DNA from: a virus
DNA length: 35,577 nucleotides
Virus record (IMG/VR): IMGVR_UViG_3300002134_000021
Coordinates: 1 to 35,577 of that record
Strand: one strand, 5' to 3'
In this document: one piece after another, positions 21,852 through 30,987 of the stretch
How positions within the stretch are numbered: the first letter of the stretch is position 1
How the letters are laid out: each line of letters begins with the position of its first letter
The notes under the pieces: generated by a model
Seen by the model: only the letters and a program-made list of their open reading frames with translations
Database searches by the model: none
Told to the model about the DNA's origin: nothing
Translations under genes and position numbers: made by a program

Positions 21852-24814
21852 TATACACTTATTATTCTGTAAAGAACTGTAACGGTAATTTCGGAATCCC
21901 CTGCGGTCGGGTCGCCTGTTTCCACGAATACCTCTAAATCAGCCCCGTCAATCAATTGATTAGACGTTGCGCTTGTGCCTGATGTAAGTGTTGCTGTTGA
22001 TGTTCTCGATGTTGTTGCAAATAGAAATTGCGTTCCAGTCCATCCACCCTGCGGAGAAGAAGTTCCAACGCATCTTACAACTAAATTACCATTTGTTGCG
22101 TAAGTTGAAGAACCATACACTATTTTACCATCTAAAGAAATTATACGCGCTGCATATCCTGAAGGAACTGAAATACCAAATTGTTTAGGTGTTGAGTTCA
22201 ATTGCAGAACGTCAGCACTTGCAATTGTCAACGAAGCACATTGTATTCTGCAATTGACTTGCTTATAGTTGTTTAAATACACTACATCACTTTCGCCAAC
22301 TACAACATTATCCGAATTGATAAGTACCACATTTGAAGCACCGAACAATACTTGATTGTTGTTGCCTGTTATAGTAACATTCTTACTCGCAGAACCTATG
22401 TAGTTGTTATCTCCTACTATCTTAAACGCACTTGCTGAATCGTTTACCTTGTTTCCTGTTCCGTTGACCATTCCAGTAAACGGGTTGAATAGGTTTCTTC
22501 CTAGCCTCTCTTTGATATTGGTAACTGGTAGCTTTTCACCATACGAATCAGCACCTTTTTCACCTAGTCTAAACGTTTCAACGGGTGTTTGAATAACGTC
22601 TAACACCTTAATCAACTCGACCTTTGTCAAACTTTCTTTGAACGGGTTGTAGTCAGTTACCTTGTTCAATCTCCAGTAGCTATTATCTAGCAGTATTTGG
22701 TCACGGAAATCTAGTTTAGCAATATCCCACGCGTCAAGGTAGAACGATGCACTTAGCACCTTTGAATCTTTGTTAGTTATCTCGTTTAGATAGCCCCTGT
22801 GATAGACGTTTACTAGGTTAGCGTTAGTAACTTGTAGCGTTCCCGTGTAACCGTTCTCTGTGTAGAATAGTTGTGTTGGTATTCCAAAGTTCAAATCTAA
22901 TGAAGGCGTGATAGGGTTGTCCCAATGTCCTGCATACGGATAGGTTGACTTTGGCGCGGTGTTGTTTCCACCGTTGTATCTCAATATCCAAGATGGATTA
23001 GATACTAATGTGTTGTCAAAATATAGAACTCGCGTGTTCATATCAACAGGCTTTGCACCAGTTGAAATGTCTTCATCGTAAACCTTTGGAATGATTCGGC
23101 TCGTTACGCCATCGTTGACCAATGGAGTGGGGGAGAAGTCGATTTCAACCTTCGTTGTACTGTTGATAAAGTCGTTGTCTATTTCGGTACGTGAACGCCC
23201 GTAATTATAACCGCGCAAATCTTCAAAGCGTTTGTTATAGTAGTCACCGTCATCCGAGTACGTGTAGATGTACTCTTTAGCAGTAAGCAATCCTAAAGGC
23301 TTAACTATAACTGGTTGGTCTTTTGCTAACTTATGCGACCAATCTCGTATAGTTCCACCGTTGTAGTATGTATCTCGTGTTTCAATTATAAGGTTCGTTT
23401 CGTCTAACGGGTCAACCGTAACGTACAAATTGAACATCTTAAATACTGATAACAGTAAGTCAGACATTCCAATGTCAGGCACAAAGTTATTCATGTAAAC
23501 ATTTGAACCTTCAAATACTTGTTCTTCAGCTACCTGATTGAATAGGTTAGCCCCCGTGTCCATGTTGAATGAGAACTTGTTTGATGTGTTTAAGAAGTCT
23601 AACTGTTGTGTATTGAATACAATCTCAACCCATACCACATCACCAACGAAAAGCAAGTCTTGTATTGAAGACCATTGTATTGTCGTAGTTGATGTTGAGC
23701 CAATAGGTAGACCTGACGGAATGTTAATTGATGTCTGAAGTCCATCAACGATTGATTCAACTGAATTGGAAATCTTCTTAACTATCACGGTGCAGTCTAT
23801 CGCACCAACAAATGAACCACCTGTTGCAATTCTTGTAATGGTAAAGTCTAAGTCTACGAACATTTCAACGTAGCCAATAGTGGCAGGCGAATAGAGATAG
23901 GTCGTATCATCATAAAGGTTACTGGGGTCGTTCAAGTCATCAAACGCCAATTTGAACCTATCGTAAGAAGTGCCGCTAATCACTTCAACGGTTGGTGTTT
24001 CCGTGAATAGGTCGTAGTCACTTGTTGAACGCGCTGTAAATTGCCTAGCCGTTACTTGGTCTTCCGTTAGCGTGAACGATTCTTTATACCACGGAACAAT
24101 CAGCTTATTAAAAGGTGCTGAATCAAAAAACGTTGATGTGTACGTAAACCCTGCGAAGTCGAATATCTTATCAACTACCGTCTTTAGGAATACCGCAGGT
24201 CGGAAGTCTTCTACATCGTATATCCTTCTTCCTTGCGTGTCGTAGTTAAACGCTAACCCATAATCAATCATCGGATAGGTGTAGCCGCTTGTATTGTTCC
24301 AACTTGCGGTTAATACGGGTTCTGTTAGAAAGTGGTCTAGGTCGCTGAAGTCAATGTAAGGTACAAAGGTCTCAGCAAAGCCATCATTGTCGTTATCAAT
24401 AGCCTCAACATCGTTAAGCTGCTTATCACCTAACTCACTAAATATGTTCTTTAGCTTACCAATGAAAACAACCTCATATTCAAGTTTAGTGTTTTGAATA
24501 GTTACCTGACGAAGCTGAACCACGCCTACCATAACCTCAACGCCATCATGTACTACTCTTGCTTCCGCTTTCTTGTTTGGGTTGAAGTTTACATTGACAT
24601 TTGATAGAGTAGGGTCGTATGCGTTCGCTATGTTTATCTCCCAAATGTTGCCGAATAGAATGTCATTCGCCTTAGTAGACGGGCACTTGATAGTCTTTGA
24701 ATAGGACGTGCTTCTCTTATTCGGGTCGCGTACATCTGCAATCGAATAGTTGAATGAGAAATCAAGCCCATCTTTAACGTCTAACCTATAACCTTCTATT
24801 AATACCTCAGCCAC
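21851..24814 (-). CDS. Large tail / baseplate protein
   Basis: 987 aa, the largest ORF. GTG start overlaps the upstream gene by 8 nt. The stop overlaps the next ATG (TAATG). No catalytic motif recognised. Confidence 0.55.
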   Translation of the reverse strand: MAEVLIEGYRLDVKDGLDFSFNYSIADVRDPNKRSTSYSKTIKCPSTKANDILFGNIWEINIANAYDPTLSNVNVNFNPNKKAEARVVHDGVEVMVGVVQLRQVTIQNTKLEYEVVFIGKLKNIFSELGDKQLNDVEAIDNDNDGFAETFVPYIDFSDLDHFLTEPVLTASWNNTSGYTYPMIDYGLAFNYDTQGRRIYDVEDFRPAVFLKTVVDKIFDFAGFTYTSTFFDSAPFNKLIVPWYKESFTLTEDQVTARQFTARSTSDYDLFTETPTVEVISGTSYDRFKLAFDDLNDPSNLYDDTTYLYSPATIGYVEMFVDLDFTITRIATGGSFVGAIDCTVIVKKISNSVESIVDGLQTSINIPSGLPIGSTSTTTIQWSSIQDLLFVGDVVWVEIVFNTQQLDFLNTSNKFSFNMDTGANLFNQVAEEQVFEGSNVYMNNFVPDIGMSDLLLSVFKMFNLYVTVDPLDETNLIIETRDTYYNGGTIRDWSHKLAKDQPVIVKPLGLLTAKEYIYTYSDDGDYYNKRFEDLRGYNYGRSRTEIDNDFINSTTKVEIDFSPTPLVNDGVTSRIIPKVYDEDISTGAKPVDMNTRVLYFDNTLVSNPSWILRYNGGNNTAPKSTYPYAGHWDNPITPSLDLNFGIPTQLFYTENGYTGTLQVTNANLVNVYHRGYLNEITNKDSKVLSASFYLDAWDIAKLDFRDQILLDNSYWRLNKVTDYNPFKESLTKVELIKVLDVIQTPVETFRLGEKGADSYGEKLPVTNIKERLGRNLFNPFTGMVNGTGNKVNDSASAFKIVGDNNYIGSASKNVTITGNNNQVLFGASNVVLINSDNVVVGESDVVYLNNYKQVNCRIQCASLTIASADVLQLNSTPKQFGISVPSGYAARIISLDGKIVYGSSTYATNGNLVVRCVGTSSPQGGWTGTQFLFATTSRTSTATLTSGTSATSNQLIDGADLEVFVETGDPTAGDSEITVTVLYRIISV

Positions 24815-26048
24815 GTTGTCTAGTATTTACCAATGCTTCCGTGAAATCGAAAGTATACTGCGCTAATTTGTCGTTGAGTGATGTTTGACGCTTGATGTTC
24901 TTACCGTCAATGGTAACTGCAATCAGTTCGTTGTTTAGTTCCTGATAGACAACAGGAGAAGTAAACAAATCTTCCATCCATTCACTTTCGCTATCGGTTA
25001 GAAAGTCTGTGTTTACTCTTGTTGTGCTTGTCATCTCAACGTTGTAAACCGTATTGCCTCGGCTTGCCTTGTTGTACTCCCACGATGAACCCGTAAAGTT
25101 GTGATGTTCTTGCAGATAGCTTGACCTTTTCACATCTGTGTCAACCTCACTTTTGTAGATGAAGTTGAAGCTATCAAAGCCACCCAAACGATTAAGCCAA
25201 TGCAAACGAATAGGCGTGTACTTTGAACACTTTGAATCAATGTAGAATTTGAATATTTCGCTTTCAAATGTTAACCCCTTCAAATTAACCGTATAGTACA
25301 CCGCGTTATTTAGAATGGTTGCAGGGTTGCCACCAGTCCACGCTGAAGGGTCGGAGTTCTCTATGTCGTATGTTCCACACGCAACGTAACCGTAAGTACC
25401 TGATAACCCTGATATGTTAACCGATCCGTTAGTTATTGAACCATTAACGTCATAAGACTTAATTACTAACTGGACAATATCTGACTGAGTTGCCAAGAAA
25501 TAAAGGAACGCGCTTTGATTGCTATTGATATACTGAACGTTAGGAGCATCGGTCAAGAACTTCTTGCCAGTTCCTGCGCTCATATCGTAATCAGTATAAA
25601 CGAACGAAAGCCAATCAACCTTGTTTCTAACCCCGTTCCATACCGTCTTGACCTCTGTAATGATTGAGGCACCCGTTACATAAACGCCCCCTACCTTGTG
25701 TTCCTCTTGAATGAATAGCCCGTAACTTTGAGCCATGTTTGAATTGGAGAATATGGTAGGGTGGTTAGCACTTGGAATAGATACATTAGTTTCAAGCTGC
25801 GATTGTAGAATCCGTGAAGGGTCGTAATAAGCGCGATTCTGAAACACCGAACCAATTGATGAAACACCAACACGCGGAAACACGCGAACGGTTGCAAGTG
25901 GAGGCGTTACAGGCCATCCATCGGGAAGTATAATCACCTTGAACCGTTGGCTATCTTGTAGGTAGTATTCCGTTGAATAGAACACGAACGGGTTATCGTT
26001 GTAAGCTAATCCGTATTCCTGTGGTTGAGATGCAAGTATTACCGCCAT
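24807..26048 (-). CDS. Hypothetical virion (tail) protein
   Basis: 413 aa. The ATG is directly preceded by GCTATTTAATAGC. Confidence 0.55.
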   Translation of the reverse strand: MAVILASQPQEYGLAYNDNPFVFYSTEYYLQDSQRFKVIILPDGWPVTPPLATVRVFPRVGVSSIGSVFQNRAYYDPSRILQSQLETNVSIPSANHPTIFSNSNMAQSYGLFIQEEHKVGGVYVTGASIITEVKTVWNGVRNKVDWLSFVYTDYDMSAGTGKKFLTDAPNVQYINSNQSAFLYFLATQSDIVQLVIKSYDVNGSITNGSVNISGLSGTYGYVACGTYDIENSDPSAWTGGNPATILNNAVYYTVNLKGLTFESEIFKFYIDSKCSKYTPIRLHWLNRLGGFDSFNFIYKSEVDTDVKRSSYLQEHHNFTGSSWEYNKASRGNTVYNVEMTSTTRVNTDFLTDSESEWMEDLFTSPVVYQELNNELIAVTIDGKNIKRQTSLNDKLAQYTFDFTEALVNTRQRG

Positions 26049-26061
26049 GCTATTAAATAGC
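26049..26061 (-). promoter_or_regulatory. GCTATTTA dyad box (GCTATTTAATAGC) abutting the ATG
   Basis: Plus strand catgctattaaatagc. The 13-mer is identical to 26578..26590. Confidence 0.55.
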
Positions 26062-26079
26062 TTTAAGGTTCAAATGTTT

Positions 26080-26577
26080 TTAGCTGAATGAATCAAGCAA
26101 GTCGGCTAATATCAAATCAGCATCTTCAGCAACCGCGTTGAGTATTACTTCGGGTAGTTCCTTAGTTATCAGCGATGAGGTGAAAACGTTTGTAGCAAAG
26201 TTGTTGCCCTTCGTTCCTTGCCGCCCTATCTTACGCGCTATCAGAAACGCTAAAGACTTCTTTTCTGATTCACTAAACGCTGAATCATTCTGCCCGAATC
26301 TAATCTTATCACGCACGTTTGGATATGACAACCATTCAAGTATCTTATCAATCGGGGGTTGCTTCCCTGCCTTACGTCCTCCATCAACCGCGCCCCAATA
26401 GTCAAGCATTGTAATGTCAAGTACAATCTTCTTTTGAGTGCTTTTAATGTTGAAGTTGATTGACTTATCCAGTTCACCAGATGCAATTGAATTGTCTTGT
26501 TGCAGCCCTTGTGATAGACGCTGCACAATCAATCCTCCCGTTTGTCGTAATGCTGCCGATGTGTTGGTAAAAGCCAT
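26080..26577 (-). CDS. Hypothetical virion protein
   Basis: 165 aa. The ATG is directly preceded by GCTATTTAATAGC. Confidence 0.55.
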   Translation of the reverse strand: MAFTNTSAALRQTGGLIVQRLSQGLQQDNSIASGELDKSINFNIKSTQKKIVLDITMLDYWGAVDGGRKAGKQPPIDKILEWLSYPNVRDKIRFGQNDSAFSESEKKSLAFLIARKIGRQGTKGNNFATNVFTSSLITKELPEVILNAVAEDADLILADLLDSFS

Positions 26578-26590
26578 GCTATTAAATAGC
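26578..26590 (-). promoter_or_regulatory. GCTATTTA dyad box (GCTATTTAATAGC) abutting the ATG
   Basis: Plus strand catgctattaaatagc at 26575..26590. Confidence 0.55.
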
Positions 26591-26722
26591 GTTAAGCCTT
26601 TCTTTGTTGTTGACGTTCATACGCACCCTTTGCTTTCTGATACGCTAACCTATTCAAGAACTCAATGATGTTCATCTCAAAGTAGAACTCCCATAGTTCG
26701 GGTCTACCATTGGTCAAACTGT

Positions 26723-27376
26723 CTACGGTGTAGAGCCATCCGTATTTTGATTGGAACGTGCTAACATTCGCTCCGCCCTGCGTTTGATTACTCTCCCCAG
26801 TATCTCCGAAAAGCGTGCTATACGAAGCGCGTACTTTAGATAACTTGACAAAAAAAAATCGGTCAATGGTTTGACGAATGTGATAGGTAAACTCTGCATA
26901 TGAATAGCAACTGATTCGTGAATCTTACCGTTGTACTTTGGCTTGAGCCAATGGTACTCATAAGCGAAACACGCGATAAGGTTGTGGAGGTTCTCGTCTA
27001 TCTTGTTCTCATCTTGCAGGAAGTGCATGAGCGTAATCCATTGTCCTCCTGTTATCTTGCTTGCGTCCTTTTCAAAGTAGTACCGCGTACCATTGACACG
27101 CGCCTTAGTTTTAATCTTGCCGATAATCGGGTCTTTAAGAAATGCCAACACGTTCATTATCTGATTGTGAGCAGAACGGTTAAGTGCTAGAATCTCATCC
27201 ATGTCGGTATCAGTCATTAAGCTAATCAATGCACACTCCGTATTGTAGTCGTGCAGTTCCTTTGGCGTTCCTTCCAATGCTTCGCCTCGTTGCTTTGATT
27301 CCTTTAACAGGGCGTTAATGGCTTGATACTTCTTTAGGGTTACTGATTCCCAAGAAGACGGTACTTCAATTTTCAT
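26723..27376 (-). CDS. Hypothetical protein
   Basis: 217 aa with a basic C-terminus. No family recognised. Confidence 0.55.
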   Translation of the reverse strand: MKIEVPSSWESVTLKKYQAINALLKESKQRGEALEGTPKELHDYNTECALISLMTDTDMDEILALNRSAHNQIMNVLAFLKDPIIGKIKTKARVNGTRYYFEKDASKITGGQWITLMHFLQDENKIDENLHNLIACFAYEYHWLKPKYNGKIHESVAIHMQSLPITFVKPLTDFFLSSYLKYALRIARFSEILGRVIKRRAERMLARSNQNTDGSTP

Positions 27377-27554
27377 TTTCTTTCTTTAGCTTCTCAATAT
27401 ACAACGTAGCATCCATCAACTCCTCTTGTAGATGGTTAAGCCAATCCAACAAAGATAGGTCGTTACGTTCTAATGTAGTTCCGTACTTTTCAATACCTAC
27501 TCTTGAACGTTCAGCATACTTAGCAATAACAGATTCTACAAATGGGTCACTCAT
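27366..27554 (-). CDS. Small all-alpha MazG-like / dATP-dGTP diphosphohydrolase N-terminal-like protein
   Basis: RSRVGIEKYGTTLERNDLSLLDWLNHLQEELMDATLYIEKL matches the remembered KYG...W..H..EE..D...Y pattern. It is only 62 aa. ATGA-coupled to the upstream glycosyltransferase. Confidence 0.4.
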   Translation of the reverse strand: MSDPFVESVIAKYAERSRVGIEKYGTTLERNDLSLLDWLNHLQEELMDATLYIEKLKKENEN

Positions 27555-28483
27555 AGCCTTTCTTTTCTAAGTTCGTTGACCTTGTTGAGGTCGTAGTTTT
27601 CCAATACGTAGCCACGAAGCGCAATACCTGACTTTGTGATTTCCTCAACTCCCATGCTTTCTGCCTTTCTGATAGCTTCATTCCAGTTGTTAACTTTAAA
27701 AATACCTTCAGCGTCATCGGTGTAGGGGTGAATATCTTGTACAAATATAGGAAGCCCTTTCATACCTGCCTCAATTATCTTTAGGTTAGACTTGCATCTA
27801 TTGAACTTGTTATCTTCTAAAGGTGCAATAGCTATATCGAACTGGTCGTATAGCAGACCGTAACTGTTTACGTCCAATGCTTCAATGTAATCAGCTTTGA
27901 AGTTATCAGCTAACCGCTTCCATTCGGGTTGGTCGTTGAAGCCACACACAACAGGAACGGTATCAATCCAAGCGTCCTTAGTTAGCATAAGGTCGTGAAA
28001 GTGCGTAATACCTCCTGCCCATCCTATGCGATTGCCGTACTTGGTCTTTGGTTGCCATTGCGAATCATTCGGGTCTATCGCGTTCGGTATCACATACCAG
28101 TTACTATTCAGCTTATCAACGTGCGAACCCAGCAACTCATGTGTAGTCCACACCTCATCAGCATACATTAACGCCTCGATACTTTGCTTACGTAATGCGT
28201 CTGCCGTCTTCTTAACTACGTGATTCGATGATAGAATCCAATGGTCATCAATGTCGCATATAACGTACACGCCACGCTTGCGAAGTTGCAATATAAACTC
28301 TTTCTGTTTGAGTATTGGTAACATACGATTGAACACCACCACGTCAAAGCCGTAGTCGAACGCCTCGGAACTAATGCCCTCGCAGCGCGTTACATCGTGT
28401 TCGCCATTCAATAGGCTGAACGGTTTGAGTAGTCTATGGTATTCAACGCCTCCTGAGCCTTTAGATACTATACCTATTTTCAT
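27551..28483 (-). CDS. Glycosyltransferase, GT-B-like
   Basis: N-terminal MKIGIVS Rossmann-type start and C-terminal FNRCKSNLKIIEAGMKGLPIF, resembling the GT-B donor-binding helix. The ATG overlaps the TerL stop (ATGA). Confidence 0.45.
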   Translation of the reverse strand: MKIGIVSKGSGGVEYHRLLKPFSLLNGEHDVTRCEGISSEAFDYGFDVVVFNRMLPILKQKEFILQLRKRGVYVICDIDDHWILSSNHVVKKTADALRKQSIEALMYADEVWTTHELLGSHVDKLNSNWYVIPNAIDPNDSQWQPKTKYGNRIGWAGGITHFHDLMLTKDAWIDTVPVVCGFNDQPEWKRLADNFKADYIEALDVNSYGLLYDQFDIAIAPLEDNKFNRCKSNLKIIEAGMKGLPIFVQDIHPYTDDAEGIFKVNNWNEAIRKAESMGVEEITKSGIALRGYVLENYDLNKVNELRKERL

Positions 28484-29643
28484 CGTATCGCGTATTGTCC
28501 TGACCTTGTTCGTAGTTTTTCCATTATGATATAACGCGAAGCATCAATAGCATGGTTAAAATCATCAATAGGTTCTCCTGTTTGTTCGCCTGCTCTATCC
28601 GTTGCCCATACATAGCCGCGTAGTTCACGAATCAAATTAACGGAATTACTCGTTACCATCAAAGTGTATTGTTGCATTTTGTCAATACCTGCTCTAACGC
28701 TGTCCCGTCCTTTTTGACACGCTCTAATTCTGAAACCATGTCTGCGTAGGTCTTCGATGCTTTTAGGTTCTGCGCTATCAGCTATGAACTCCTGACCTTT
28801 AAACCCTTGTATCTTATCAGCTATATCTGAATTGGTTAGCCCTTTGTCGTATAGTATCTCGTTCAACCATAGCTTACCATCAAACTCACATACCTCAACT
28901 ACTGCGGTGGGGTCGTTAGTAAAGCCCCAATCTAAGCCGTATGCCTTCCATTTGTACGAATCAGGCATCTTCTCGCATTGTTCCCAGTTGTTAAACACTA
29001 CGCCTTGTAGGTTGCCTATTTCACCTAAGCCGTACACCTTCCACCAGTTAGCCCAATACGGTGAAGTCTTACCTCGTTCTCTTGCGTGTTCTATATCGTG
29101 GCGTATCGTTTGGGGTAGTGCCTCGTTATCAAGATAGTTCAATACAAGTAGTTCAGAATCGCTATCGGGTAGCACTTCGGTATGCGCCCAGAATTGGGAT
29201 GTCGGGTTGAAGTCTAGGTAGATGTCGCCACTTGTTCTAATAGCCAATTGATGGTACGCATCGAAAGGAATGTTGTTCGCCTCGTTGACGTATAGAACGT
29301 TGCGCCTTGCACCTCTTAGCCTACCCTCTTGGTCTGCGCTGAAGAACTCAATGTAAGAACCGTTGCCAAAGTTGTATGTGAGTAGTGACCTGTTCCAACG
29401 GCTGTCAAGGTAACGCCCTGTCTCCATCATTATCTTGATGAAGTCTTTCATTGCGCCCCTACGTAAGTGCGGTATGGATTCAGATACTACGCTAATCTCT
29501 AAACGGTCTATCTTGGTTGCAAGGTCTATAAGCACTGGAAGTATTCCGAACGTCTTACCTGCTGACGTACCGCCCTGAATTACTTTCTTACGCGCGGTTA
29601 GCTTGCGTATCTTGTTTATCGCTGTTGTTCGGATGAACGTCAT
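28480..29643 (-). CDS. terL: Terminase large subunit (PBSX / Terminase_3-like)
   Basis: Walker A GGTSAGKTFG. Nuclease motifs GLDWGFTNDPTAVV, IADSAEPKSIEDLRRHG and DDFNHAIDASRYI. Confidence 0.9.
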   Translation of the reverse strand: MTFIRTTAINKIRKLTARKKVIQGGTSAGKTFGILPVLIDLATKIDRLEISVVSESIPHLRRGAMKDFIKIMMETGRYLDSRWNRSLLTYNFGNGSYIEFFSADQEGRLRGARRNVLYVNEANNIPFDAYHQLAIRTSGDIYLDFNPTSQFWAHTEVLPDSDSELLVLNYLDNEALPQTIRHDIEHARERGKTSPYWANWWKVYGLGEIGNLQGVVFNNWEQCEKMPDSYKWKAYGLDWGFTNDPTAVVEVCEFDGKLWLNEILYDKGLTNSDIADKIQGFKGQEFIADSAEPKSIEDLRRHGFRIRACQKGRDSVRAGIDKMQQYTLMVTSNSVNLIRELRGYVWATDRAGEQTGEPIDDFNHAIDASRYIIMEKLRTRSGQYAIR

Positions 29644-30050
29644 ACATTAGGCTCGTCAGGAAATAGGGGCTGTTCCTTATGTACCACCTCGCTCTTATCG
29701 GTTAGCCCGTTCAATCGTTGCGTAATGCTTGCGTTGTACTGTCCTACCATGCCGCCTTCTATTTGGTCTTGCCTTACTTGTTGCCTAACGCGCGAACGGA
29801 CTGTCGAAAATGGGGCGTACCTCTCATCAGACGAATACATATAATCGTGAATACTAAACCCTCTTTTTTGGAAGACATAGTTCTCAAAGCCTTCAATGGT
29901 TAAAGGTCTTTCAAGAGGTGTAGATACTCGTTCACCATCCTTACCAACGTACTCAACTTTGATACGTGGATTCTGCTTTACTGATTCCGCGAACTCTTGG
30001 AAGTCGGTAAACATATCTTCTGTGTGTTCGTAGTTCATTGGTCTTGGCAT
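29640..30050 (-). CDS. terS: Terminase small subunit
   Basis: 136 aa, ATGA-coupled to TerL. The ERPLTIEGF motif is typical of small terminase families. Confidence 0.6.
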   Translation of the reverse strand: MPRPMNYEHTEDMFTDFQEFAESVKQNPRIKVEYVGKDGERVSTPLERPLTIEGFENYVFQKRGFSIHDYMYSSDERYAPFSTVRSRVRQQVRQDQIEGGMVGQYNASITQRLNGLTDKSEVVHKEQPLFPDEPNV

Positions 30051-30052
30051 TA

Positions 30053-30229
30053 CTACCTAATTTTGAACAAACTATCTTCTACACTATACCATATTTCAGT
30101 ACAGTCAGGATAGTATCTGTTCATAAAGTCATTCATTCTATTTTGGTTTATCTCTGTTGCGTATGGATTGTAAAAAAACGCCCTACAAAACAACACCATA
30201 ATACTAGAACTAATTATATGTGTCTTCAT
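30053..30229 (-). CDS. Unannotated 58-aa ORF with a signal-peptide-like N-terminus
   Basis: My translation is MKTHIISSSIMVLFCRAFFYNPYATEINQNRMNDFMNRYYPDCTEIWYSVEDSLFKIR. It fills the gap on the coding strand and its ATG is preceded by CGCTATTTA. Confidence 0.4.
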   Translation of the reverse strand: MKTHIISSSIMVLFCRAFFYNPYATEINQNRMNDFMNRYYPDCTEIWYSVEDSLFKIR

Positions 30230-30238
30230 TAAATAGCG
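30230..30238 (-). promoter_or_regulatory. GCTATTTA box abutting the ATG of the 58-aa ORF
   Basis: Plus strand cattaaatagcg. The minus strand reads CGCTATTTAATG. Confidence 0.45.
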
Positions 30239-30739
30239 TTACTTCGTTACTTGTTTTGCAGGTACACCAACATAGGTACCACCTTCAGTTATGTCAGTCA
30301 ATACAACCGCACCTGCTCCGATGGTTACACAATCGCATATTGATACGCCTTCCTTAATTACAGCATTGCTACCGATGTAGACTAGGTTTCCTATCTTACA
30401 GTTGCCCGATACCCTTGCGGATGGAGATAGCGTAACGTAGTCGCCAATAGTACAATCATGTCCTATGTCACTATGTAGATTCATTACAAGGTGTTTGCCT
30501 AGTTTGCAATTGGTTGTGATTACCGAGTATGGACACATAATAAGCCCTTCGGATATTGGCGTACTGCTTCCAATGATAGCCGTGTTATGAATTAAAAACC
30601 CATTGACTGGATTGATTTGCTTTAAGACAGCCGCCATTCTAATTCGTGGCGTACCTATTGGCATAACGTCACCGCTTGTATGTGCGTTGCGTTCCCACTC
30701 TTTAACCTCAACTGAAAAGTCTCCTGTGCTTAGTATCAT
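30239..30739 (-). CDS. Left-handed beta-helix (hexapeptide) acyltransferase, NeuD/PglD-like
   Basis: Hexapeptide repeats IGHDCTIGDYVTLSPSARVSGNCKIGNLVYIGSNAVIKEGVSICDCVTIGAGAVV, then GGTYVGVPAK. Confidence 0.75.
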   Translation of the reverse strand: MILSTGDFSVEVKEWERNAHTSGDVMPIGTPRIRMAAVLKQINPVNGFLIHNTAIIGSSTPISEGLIMCPYSVITTNCKLGKHLVMNLHSDIGHDCTIGDYVTLSPSARVSGNCKIGNLVYIGSNAVIKEGVSICDCVTIGAGAVVLTDITEGGTYVGVPAKQVTK

Positions 30740-30987
30740 TTGAGTAGTTTCAAAACCTCTTTAATGTTCATTGGTGAACGGAAGTCCTCAACACCTGAGC
30801 CTATCATCGTATCTTTACCGTTGGGGTGTTCAAAGGCATAAGCTATATCAAAGAAGTACACGTTCTTGATGTCGTACACCGTATCCATATCAGAACTAAG
30901 GTTTATTCCCAAAGAATCTTCCATGTCTAAAAGCCTGTGAGATTCCTCATTATGGAAAAAGCAAGGTACTATAATTGGTAAATCCAT
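30736..30987 (-). CDS. Hypothetical protein within the sugar cassette
   Basis: 83 aa, ATGA-coupled to the acyltransferase. Confidence 0.5.
   Translation of the reverse strand: MDLPIIVPCFFHNEESHRLLDMEDSLGINLSSDMDTVYDIKNVYFFDIAYAFEHPNGKDTMIGSGVEDFRSPMNIKEVLKLLK

Noticed and set aside
30038-30232. Plus-strand 64-aa ORF in the gap between the acyltransferase and TerS
   Set aside because: The same gap holds a minus-strand 58-aa ORF (30053..30229) that fits the neighbouring stop and start codons and carries the GCTATTTA box. The plus-strand ORF would be the only forward gene in the genome.
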